Source: Catajapyx aquilonaris (lineage: Eukaryota). From it: a DNA stretch of 47,529 nt. The position numbers were made by a program, and so were the translations under genes. The stretch covers positions 1-47,529 of the forward strand of contig KZ538785.1 of assembly GCA_000934665.2 (NCBI GenBank), in the 5' to 3' direction. Positions 37,772 to 47,529 of this stretch are shown here, piece by piece. How positions within the stretch are numbered: position 1 is the stretch's first letter; each line of letters opens with the position of its first letter. The notes beneath the pieces were generated by a model that had not been told where the DNA came from, made no database searches, and saw only the letters and a list, made by a program, of their open reading frames with translations.

Positions 37772-39430
37772 GTGTATGTATGGATTCTTGTCTTCATAAG
37801 CTGTGGGACCGGAAGTAACTTATGTGTTTTTACTGTCGAAAAGGAGTATGAAAACAAAGCAACTTTTGAGGATGAATCGGCTAATGAGGCGGGGCCAAGT
37901 AAGGTGCACACCCGCTCCAGTGCCATGGCATTCGACCCGAAAGATGATCTTTGTTTCTATTGTGGTGGCATCTGAACACGGGGAATGCCCCTCCGAAGAG
38001 TTTCCACTGCAGGCCTTGATGTAAATGCAAGAGCTAGTAAATGTGATGAAATATGCCCGTACTATTGGCGATACCAAACTTATCGCTCTCTTGGAGACAG
38101 GCGGTGACTTGGCTGCACAGGAGGGGAAGTACCACCGAGTCTGTCATAGCCGACTGTACTGTACAACATATACATACGAGCAATTTCTACAACACAAGAG
38201 TAAGAGGACGGTCTCCTGTGTGATGGAATCGCCCTATCAGAGCTTTTAATGTGCATAGAAGAAAAACGAGCATCTTTCTCATCATCTTGCGTATTTCGAA
38301 TGGGCGTGCTGATGAGGATGTACAGCGCTCGTGTTGCGCAGCTTCACGGACTCCCTGCCAATGATTCGGCGAAAGAGCACACTACTCGTCTCCGGGCGAA
38401 GATTCTCGCACATCTGCCGGACTTGAAAGCAGAAAAGTGGGGACGAGAATATGTTCTTATGCCCGAGAGCCGAGACGATACATTTCATGCAAGCATTGCG
38501 TAGAAAGGATCAAGACTAGGACGCTATTGCTTTTCAAAGATTTGCCAACAGTCTTCGCAAAATGATCAGTAATGGGAAGACAAAATTCAGAGGATAATTT
38601 TCAAATGGATGTGAGGAAGTCCCTGGGCCGTTGCTTGCAGCTATAAGTACACTCCTGTATGGAAGTGGAGTGACGACTGCTTGCGGTGCAGCAAACCCTG
38701 CATTGTCCTTAAGTCAGTTAATCGTGACTAATTTTCATGCGACGATGCCGCAAGGAAATATAGTTCGTCACAGGCAGGACAGGAAATCTCCTCTCCCTCT
38801 TTACATGGCACTCTCCTCTTACGGTCGATGTAGGGACCGCATTATTGGCATAGGTAGACGAGATGCCTCGACGAGGGCTGAGTGTCTCCCACAACAGAGT
38901 TATGGAGGTGACATCTCAACAGTTGTACTGTGTACACTTGTAGTGAAGAGGGCCACAGAGGAAAAGGTTGTCTGCCCTGCAAATTTACGAAAGGGGCTAT
39001 TTACTGTGGGTGCCCTGGACAACATAGACACCAAAAGCTCAAGCACCACTAGTGCTGGCGAATTTCACGAAACTGCAATTTCCGTGTTCCAATATCGCCA
39101 GCGAGGGGAAGAGGGATGGCCTCGCGTTTTCACCACCTCATACAGCGATGTCACTTCGCAAGGAAATCGCAGTGTACCTCATCTTCCTGACTTTTACGCT
39201 GTTGTACCTGACTGTGTGTAGCCAGACAAGAACCCCCCTGACCCTGGTTGCAGTAAGGATATAGGTGCTCTCCTCATGTGTAAAGGTACTTGGGATCTAA
39301 ACTTGGGTTGTATGTTATTTGCATTTCGTGATTAGTTCAATAACTTTGCTTTTCAGACAACTTTGCACATCAGTGGATGGAGGAAAATAACTGGCTGAGT
39401 CACGTGCGCGAATTTTTGAATGATGATTAT
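37772..39430 (+). pseudogene. Fragmented DNA-transposase gene, Academ-type
   Basis: Frameshifted segments with LCFYCG, GDLAAQEGKYHRVC, HTTRLRAKILAHLPDL, RH-x4-SPLPLYMA, VVCPANLRKGLFTVGALDNID..SSTTSAGEFHETAISVFQ and EENNWLSHV. I recall these motifs from CXC-domain Academ-type transposases. Confidence 0.8.
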
Positions 39431-39489
39431 TTGCCTACATTTGGACAAGACATTACACCCCATCACAACGTGTATTAACCCAACCCAAT

Positions 39490-39921
39490 GCAGATAACGT
39501 AAATCTAACATTGCCAACGTGTTCAGCGACCCCGAAAACGTATGAATACACACCCCACACCCCTACCTCATGTTCAATTGCCGGCATGTCAAAATGTCCG
39601 CTTTTTTTAAAAAATGGCGCTCTTATAGCTACTTCCGGTCGTTGGATTGATATTTGACCCCCACCCGTGTGACGGACACATGTGAGTTGTGGGGAAACGA
39701 CACCTGGAACATGTCTGGGGCTGAAATCCGATTTTTAAAAAAATGTTCAAAATCCACAATCCACCCTATTTCCAACGCTACTGCGAACCCACAGGGGTTT
39801 GGCGAACGGAACTGCGGGTCAAATCGCGTAAATAGGTCCAAGGAACAACTGTGCAAAGTGGCTTGCTTGGCTGACAAAATGCGGTTTTATTCCCCTTTTC
39901 TCGAGTGTACCGCTAGCACTA
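39490..39921. mobile_element. Probable right terminal repeat of the Academ-type element
   Basis: Non-coding repeat-like block just after the truncated transposase, ending GCTAGCACTA (TAGTGC on the other strand). No matching left arm found. Confidence 0.45.
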
Positions 39922-40265
39922 CATGATTGCTCCGGGAAATGTCTCATGGCGCTCTCAGGTGAGCACCTCATGCAAAACGCCCCGGCAGGGGGTGGGTGGG
40001 AGTGGGAGTGTCCAGACCTTAGTATTCTATGACCATGATTCAGCCTAATACCATACCTTCATGTACAGTATTAATTTTATTTGTACGGTAACGAACCAAA
40101 GCATTTTCCTTCCGCCGAGCGGGCTCCCTACGATCTCGGCTCAGATAATAAGCAAATACACGGCCAAAAATGCAGAAATTTTTATGCAATGGTTTTCAAT
40201 GGCGCTGATTTCAGATTCGATGTCAAAAATTCAAAATTTAAAATGGCGGATCCGATATGGCAGAC

Positions 40266-41169
40266 CAAAGAGCTTAATACTAGGAAGAGTGGAAAAAACG
40301 GTTTCCAAGCGTCGCCACTTTTTGGCCACTTGTTTGGTCAACGTGTTTGGTTGTCGGCCACTACGCGGCGCCACCGTCGAGTGCTGTCGAGATGAATTTC
40401 AATACACTGTGTTGATTTAATATCAAGAGGCACATAATTAAGAGTTATAAATCTAAAAACTGACCAATATGAGGTCGTATGGGGTTAAGGAACTAATATT
40501 GGACCCGAAACTGATATTCTTCGCAGCTGGCCACCCTGCACCTAACAATACAAATAATCACCTCGTTGCTTAGAAATCACGTTCGAATTTCGAAATTGAA
40601 CAATAAGTTCCAAGGCCGGCATAGTGTGGCGCAGACGTTCGGGTGCCGCGTGCTACTACTGCTGTTCGCGCACAGGGTCTCGGATCACATTCTTTTCGTT
40701 ACCAAAGGGCCCTCCACGGTTCTCGAGTTCACGGGAAGAAGAACAAGCCCGTCCCGCCACGACAAGATGGACATAGCAGCGGGGGGTATATATTCCTGTC
40801 ATGTGACCATGTTCAGCATCATTATCAGTGTGTACCTTGGTGTGTATTGTATAGAGCAGAGTGTGGGATTGTAGTGGAAATCAATAAACTTCTGGCAAAT
40901 AATATTTGCTTTTCGTGATGGTTTTTTATTCACAGGTCTTCTGCAACGTGTCTTGTCGGCAATTTGACGGGAGTATACTAGTAATTATGACTTATTTCCA
41001 ACCTCTGGGGCTTTCATTGCCATATTTCCGGCACTGCCTCGGTCTACCGTATTGTACAATACAGTATCGAGTTTGGCTGTCGATCGCCAGGTGGCAGGTC
41101 AGTCGATTGGAGACACGGTTGCTATGCTACCAGCTGTTTTTTCCACTCTTCCTAGTATTAAGCTCTTTG
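40266..41169. mobile_element. P-element-like non-autonomous transposon
   Basis: Perfect 34-bp TIRs CAAAGAGCTTAATACTAGGAAGAGTGGAAAAAAC (40266-40299, 41136-41169). Perfect 8-bp TSD TGGCAGAC (40258-40265, 41170-41177). Confidence 0.9.
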
Positions 41170-42468
41170 TGGCAGACAGCATATATGCGAGAATTGGACA
41201 GGTATACAGTATTAGCGTCAAAATTAGTTTACGGGGACTTTAGGGGGTTCTTATTTCAAATTCAATGTAAAAAGTTACAAATCAAAGTGGTGCAATGTGT
41301 TATCCGGATATGCCCTGATGCTACCGCCGATTTTTTGGGGATGAAGGGGAGGGATACAGCGGCTCCAGATGATGGCCCGTACTCTTCAATGGCTCTTATT
41401 TATGATGCTGGAAACAAATTTTCACGAATCCCTCTGATTATAAACAGTTGCCTCTATTTACAATGCCGCTCCAAGATGGGTGGCCCGGAAGTTAATTGTC
41501 TCTAGCGGTCAAGGTGGCAGGTGGTGGCAGCTAGTCTTTGGTTCTTCCCAGTCACGAGAGCCTCCCGCTTTTTATGGGCCGTAAATTTAAAAATCTGGAT
41601 TTATCTGTGGTACTGATGAACTTCCTTGTCTTTCACTGCCCGAAATAATTTTTGTACTTACCAGCCAAATTGTAATTTGCTGTTATAATTTTTTGAATAA
41701 ACATTTATTAAAATGTTTTCCCCTCTAGTCAGTTCATAACTTCATTGATGTGTCTGTGTCAGCCTGGTCTCCAAAGACTGGTGTGTAGGCAGGCGGCACC
41801 CTTTTCATATACCTACTGGGTTACATCTGTCGCGCCTCAGCAATGTACATGCATAGTCCCATGATGAGGTATAGTCAGCGATGACCAGGTCATACGACCC
41901 AGCCATCTCAATCGACCAATACACGAAAATCCTCTGATGACTGGTCAGTGTCACGATGTGTCTCGTTTTAATTATGTACGCCCTGAAGTGGTAAAACAGC
42001 TCACAAATACTACCCGTGAAAAGGTTCTGAACGGTGGAAAATCGCACGCCTTGGTTCGTTACTTTTTTTCTTGGTTCGTTACCGAAAGTTTTGTTGCTCT
42101 ACGATGCAAAGAAAAGCAGATACCGGTACGGCAAGGTGACAATGGATTCCTCGCACTTTTCTTCTCTAGAGCATCTCTATATATTGCCATCACAACCACG
42201 GCTTAGAATTCGCAGCTGTGTTATTACGCAATGTAACCCGGTGCAGAAATGCGTGTCCTCAAAACTTTGGTTCGTTACCGTGTTTGTTCTCGCTCCTCGG
42301 GCGCTATCGAATGATATATTTGTGTCGGATTTGTGGCAAAATTCAGCCCTCTGTACCTGGAACTCGATATAAAAAACAGAATCCCCGAAGGTTTGCCACA
42401 AACATGGAAAATCACAATGAAAGTTTTAAAAAATCGTCCGAACCTTGGTTCGTTACCGCAAAATTGCC

Positions 42469-42544
<76 letters not shown>
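42469..42544. repeat. (TAA)25 microsatellite
   Basis: Perfect trinucleotide run. It follows four dispersed TTGGTTCGTTAC motifs (42050-42456), probably part of a repeat element. Confidence 0.98.
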
Positions 42545-42649
42545 CCGGGTAGGTGCTTAGAAATCCTCTTGACCTTTATTATTGTCTTAAATGTAGCCTA
42601 CATTGTACCAAGAATTGTACACGACTGGAACCTTTTTCTGCGAAGCGCC

Positions 42650-42881
42650 CCGGGTCCGCGGGCAGGGTGACTGGGAGGGGAAGTGCAAGGTGCAAGTGCA
42701 ATGTCTGTAACGGTACATTTTGTGAACTCCCCCGGATGGATTCGTCTAGCGGAGATTCCACCCGAGACGAAGCCAGAGATTATGACCCCGCGAACTCTGC
42801 AAAATGTCCGGGCTTGGGATCGAACCTGGGACCTTACATCCGTGGGCGCGAGCGTTACGGCACGGCAGCGCCACTCCACCT
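42650..42881 (-). mobile_element. tRNA-derived SINE
   Basis: B box AGGTCCCAGGTTCGATCCC and the shared GACATTGCACTTGCACC module. Confidence 0.7.
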
Positions 42882-42883
42882 TT

Positions 42884-43063
42884 CCAAGACAAACATATTT
42901 CATTTAGGAACCCGTGCCCGGAAACGCGTCTGAGCGACCCGCTCCTTGTCTATTGACCACCTCTAGATGTCGTTTCCGGACGCGGGTTCCTATATGAAAG
43001 ATGTTTGTCTTTGTCACCTCTATTACCCCTAGAAGTTTGTCGATTGAATTCATTAACTCCCTG
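42884..43063. mobile_element. Internally deleted relative of the 45752 MITE
   Basis: Shares CCAAGACAA..TAGGAACC..CCGGAAACGC and CCTCTAGATG..TTTCCGGAC..GGTTCCTAT..CTCTATTACCC..CCTGTATA. Confidence 0.7.
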
Positions 43064-43739
43064 TATACGAGCACATCGTATCATACAATGTACAAGACTG
43101 TCAAGTATCCCTATACTCGACGGGTGATATAATCTGCAGGATATGAGTGTGATAAAGGTTACTGTACGAGTGAGTATACAAGGGACCTCACGCGTGACGG
43201 GGGCCGGAAGTCCCAATAGTACGAAACACCTTATACGTACAGGATATAATGTTGCTCAGGCTCAGACGTGCAAGAGTACACTCCGCTGGGCTCCTCGGAC
43301 ATAAATTGTACAACTCTCTTCTATCCGATCGCAACTTCCCCATGCATCTGGAGAACGAGAACCCAGCTCAGCACCTTCCCCATAACTGCCGAGACGCCCG
43401 CGCCCGAGAGCAAGGCCGAGAGAGCGGTGCCTTTAGTTCAAAGATCGTTCCCCTCTACCCTGCCCCTGGCCGCTTAGGTCCAGCGCTGAGACGACAAACA
43501 AAACGGGACTAATTTATTTCTGCGACAAGTTCATGCTGTGAGCTTGTCCCTCTCACGTGAAAAAAAGGTGGGGTAGACCGCCCCCACGGCCCCCGTAGTG
43601 CAGGATGTAGTCCGTCACCTTGGACGGAAAGGTGGAAGCGCCATAAAAAATTTGTCTTNCCCCCCCCCCCCCCCCCAGTATCTACGCCCCTGTCTCGAGT
43701 ACTCGTTCGCGCCACCCAAGAGCTCTACAGACGCGGGAC

Positions 43740-43935
43740 TTCTGTGCTGGCTACGATTGTTGAATAGACTTTTCCGCCGAGGAGTCGTTCCTTCCTCATG
43801 GAAGACATCTCGTGGTTGTTTGGATCCCCAAAGGAGTTCCCGGTGAGGTGCGTCCCATTTGCCTGACTCCAGCTCTGGGTCGGGTGTATGATCGACTCCT
43901 CAATCAGAGATTGACGTATTGGGCTGACAACCAAA
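43740..43935 (+). pseudogene. Non-LTR retrotransposon reverse transcriptase fragment (R1/I-group-like)
   Basis: LRLLNRLFRRGVVPSSWKTSR/(frameshift)VWIPKGVPGEVRPICLTPALGRVYDRLLNQRL, matching the RT domain 1-2 consensus P-x-x-WK..IPK..RPI-x-L..K-x-x-E-x-x-I-x-x-RL. Confidence 0.85.
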
Positions 43936-45460
43936 GTAACTCTTCTTACCCTCCTGAATGGTGAAAACTTTTGTATTTTCTAATTCTGCTTGGCCTATAG
44001 TGTTGAGAAAACATTACCTCCGCTGCTAATTTCCACGTTAGAAGGGTGAAAACATAGCCGAAAGGCGATGTTCCGAAGCCACAACACCTGCATCCGGTCG
44101 CGAGTCGCCGGTCGCGGTCGCCTTTCACCGCGTCTGTAGCGCTCTCCGGTGCCGCGAAGGAGAAGGGTCATCTCGCACGCTTGAAGTCGATGGCGATTAT
44201 AATAATGGAGTGTCAGGACTCCAAGGCTCTCCATTATTGTAATCGCCTGGGCTCATATATTTGACAGCAAAGAGGCGATGTGATGAGACCTAACAATAGC
44301 TTCAAAGCAAGGTCAGTCTCCTTAAGCCATAACTGAAAATTCGTCCCTTATAGGTATTTTACTGCTTCAGTTTACTATCCCAACAGTATGTAGGCCTACT
44401 AGTACGAGGACAACTGATGGATTAGTCACCCCTGGTCCGAAACTCGAACTCCAGGAGACTTAGCAGGAAGATGGGCTTCGTTTCATTTCTATTCTCATTG
44501 GTTTATTTGTTTACAACTCCAGGGGCGATCCCGATCCATCTCCTCACTCTGATAGCGCCATCCACTTGGGCAGACAGACTTGTGTAACGTGTGCTAAGGA
44601 AAGCCATACATAATTTACGTGCACACATGGTGCTCAGTGAATGTTCTCCGTGTGCGTATGTCAATCAGCCAATAGCCCAATACAATATAGGTGACTCTGG
44701 TTGGCGACTTGAGCACAGAGGGGCCTTGGCCGCAGCAGGCCCGCCCATGCCTGGGGGTATGGTGTGAAGGTTGATATGAGGGGATTTCGTGGGAAAACTC
44801 GTCTTGCCTGTATGCCTGTAGAGCGCATGGCGGGAAGAAGCTTCGGAAGTGGGTCATTAGGCTGGCAACAGCCGGCCCTTTACACTATTTTGCGGCCCAT
44901 TCTTCCTTCAAAGACCTTCCCTCCCTGCTAGGCTCTCATTCGGGGTCGGCTAGCAACCGGAAACTTTCCATCATCTTGAATGCTGCACAACTCATCTATG
45001 TAATCTAAAAGAAGTACCGGTAAGGGAAACTCAGTATAGGTCTGCAAGTGCAGTCGTCATAATTTTTTATTTTTATGCCATTTTTCAGTGAAGCTGCGAT
45101 CGTAATTATAGGTAGAGTCTGGTTAAGTAATTTGATATCAAACACTGATACCTGACACCATTATTATATCACATTTTAGATGAGTATGATATTGAGAAAG
45201 ATTGATACACGGAGTGGTAGGATAATAATATTGTAGTCTACCATTGGCCAAATACGAATAAAAACAGCGCGTTTCTCCCTGTTGCTTATTGTTGGCTACA
45301 ATAAAACAATACCGTAATAAATAACAAGAATAATTGCTATTTTTTAAAAAAAATGAATGGCTATACCTGTGAAACCGGACACAACAGTTTAATTGCCGCG
45401 AAATTACAAACTCATTACTCTGGGTGCTGTGTTACTACTTTAATAATAGGTAGGTAATAG

Positions 45461-45735
45461 GGGAGGTGTAGATGGCCGAGATGGTAACGTCTCGGCTTGC
45501 CGAGTGAAAGGCCCCAGGTTCGATCCCCGCCTGGGGAACTTTCCTTTGACCTGCACCAAGGAGGTGTCTGGCAACCTAACCTCCTGGGGAACAGCACATG
45601 ACCCATTTGTCGACATTGAACTTGCACCCATGTTCCCTCCCCAAAAATCCCTTCCCTTACCCATGTCCTTTCATCCTTGCACCGGAGTTAGAAGAAAAAT
45701 TGAAGGAAAAATGGTGGTATTCCACTCCCCTATCA
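45461..45735 (+). mobile_element. tRNA-derived SINE
   Basis: A box TGGCCGAGATGG and B box GGTTCGATCCCC. Body shared with the 16548 copy; tail GTGGTATTCCACTCCCCTA shared with the 18304 copy. Confidence 0.82.
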
Positions 45736-45751
45736 TATATATATATATACA

Positions 45752-46314
45752 CAGGGTGTTTATTGTAACTCTGCAAAGACTTTCAGGGGTAATAGAGGGG
45801 ACCAAGACAAGTATGTTTGACATAGGAACCTATGTCCGGAAACGCCATCTAGAGGGGGTTCATAGATAAGGAACGGGTGCGCTCAGACGCGAGAGGCGCT
45901 AGGCGAGCGGACTGTTTTGTTGATAGATGTCGCGCAGTTGTTGCCAGGTTATGGCGCATCGGGTCGTTGTAAGCAAACAGCAACTACGCGATACGCCATA
46001 ACCTGGCAACAGCAGAACCGCTGTTGACTATCCGCGCGTCTCCTAGAAGGCGGACTTTAGTTGCTAGATGGCTCTGCTGTTGCCACGTTATGGCACATCG
46101 CATCGTTGGTTACTATCCGAGCGCCACCTATCAACAAAACAGTCATCTCGCCTAGCGCCCACGCCTCTCGCGTGACGCGTCTGGGCGCACCCGTTCCTTG
46201 TCTATGAACCCCCTCTAGATGGCGTTTCCGGACACGGGTTCCTATGTCAAAAATACTTGTCTTGGTCCCCTCTATTACCCTGAAAGTCTTAGCAGAGTTA
46301 CAATAAACATCCTG
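45752..46314. mobile_element. Tc1/mariner-type long-TIR MITE
   Basis: About 180-bp inverted arms CAGGGTGTTTATTGTAACTCTGC.. / ..GCAGAGTTACAATAAACATCCTG in a (TA)n context. Confidence 0.9.
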
Positions 46315-46888
46315 TATATATGGGTGATTCTCCAAAAACTTACCAATACCATGTCCCGGCATAATAACTCAAAAATGGCTTGACTGAGAGAGTTGATATT
46401 TTAAACATTTGGAGAAGCAGTTGACACCTAGCCATCCCCATGAAAACAAATAAAAATATTAAATTTAGTTTTACTGCAAAAAATGTCAAAGGGCCTAAAA
46501 TCACTATTCTTGGCATGTCCCGATCTCATTTTAAAGCATGCTATATTTTCTTACAATTTTATGAATAACATTAGACAAGTTTCAGTACTATAATTAAATA
46601 GTACATAGTTGAAGGTATAAAACAACATTTTTAAAACGATTTATTAATTTCACGTGACCTTGCTGCATCACTCCAAAGTGTGTCCCGAGTTTTCATGTTA
46701 GTCTCCTGGATCAGGATATTATTTTAAAATTTGCAGTGAAACAAAGGGATTTTTTACTTAGTTATTTGGCAACACTGCTTCTCCATGGCACCTTGACTTA
46801 ACTGCAGATTGATGTGGAAGGGGTACGTCTTCTAGTGGGTTAAAAAAATTAAGGCGTTTAAAATTCAGTTATGGGGCACATTCTGCAC

Positions 46889-47152
46889 TCCCACTCCTGG
46901 CTCATTTTTCTATGTCACAAAATAGCTTAAATGTTTTGAAATAACTGTGATTCCATAGCATGAAGGGTCTTCTTGTGCCCACCGAAATCTCCATGGACAA
47001 CGTTTGTTCTGGACCGTGATATTAATCCTAAAGCATAAAAAGGCCATTCTTCTGGCTCCCAAACTCCCGGACATAAAAAGTTCCCACTCCTGGCTCATTT
47101 TTCTGTCACAAAATAGCTTAAATGTTTTGAAATAACTGTGATTCCATAGCAT
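46889..47152. repeat. Dispersed direct repeat of about 72 bp
   Basis: TCCCACTCCTGGCTCATTTTTCT(AT)GTCACAAAATAGC..GATTCCATAGCAT at about 46889-46961 and 47082-47152. Confidence 0.85.
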
Positions 47153-47529
47153 CTCCATAGTCACTCTCCTGGTGGCTAACAGGATCCCTGCCAGGATTTT
47201 ACAGTTAACCGCAATAATTTTTATTGGAAGTTGTACCTCATAATATTAGATCAAAAAGTGAAACTCAATTTTTAAATATCTGTCCCCCAAGTAGTGAACA
47301 TCTGGGCTGAAAAGTAGGAAGTTTCCAATTTATTGTACTTGAAATGGCAACAGTAGGCATTAAAAAGCTTCCGGAATTTTAATATTAATTTTTCAGACGC
47401 TAGTGGCTGATGTCTAATATTTTGAGTCGCACATTGTTCACAAAAAGTATTATTTAATAAAAATAAATGCTACTTGCACAATGTGGCAACACTGCAAATG
47501 GAACATTACACTGTTGCGCGCAGTTAAAA

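Noticed and set aside
40906..41505. 199-aa ORF as a gene
   Set aside because: It crosses a transposon TIR/TSD boundary, has a non-ATG start and shows no coherent protein features.
42218..42670. Poly-Asn / poly-Ile ORFs
   Set aside because: Artefacts of the (TAA)n microsatellite.
46321..47529. DNA transposon starting GGGTGATTCTCC
   Set aside because: Only one putative end is in the window and there is no convincing coding remnant.

Overview
Eukaryotic (invertebrate animal, probably arthropod) genomic DNA with one gap of about 150 N. There is one intact gene, a minus-strand PEAK1/PRAG1 (SgK269/SgK223)-like pseudokinase scaffold. I reconstructed seven coding exons with consistent GT-AG phases: 22963-20690, 16122-16062, 15357-15214, 14950-14793, 13903-13760, 12081-11787 and 5389-4662 (3804 nt, 1267 aa). 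Its kinase fold appears more degenerate than in vertebrate PEAKs. Facing it tail-to-tail is a decayed CFAP20/Bug22 copy (2722-3149) with a stop codon and frameshifts. Most of the rest is a dense, often nested set of transposon relics: hAT, P-like, Sola-like, CMC/EnSpm-like, Tc1/mariner and Harbinger-like MITEs, a Helentron-like insertion, a broken Academ-type transposase, modular tRNA-derived SINEs and LINE fragments. Further observations are a near-perfect 147-bp intronic palindrome and an excess of TA-flanked palindromic words (TAGGCCTA, TACCGGTA) that look like excision footprints. No CRISPR, rRNA or prokaryotic system is present, and I cannot show a wholly new system from sequence alone. 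Family assignments come from motif recall, not database searches.
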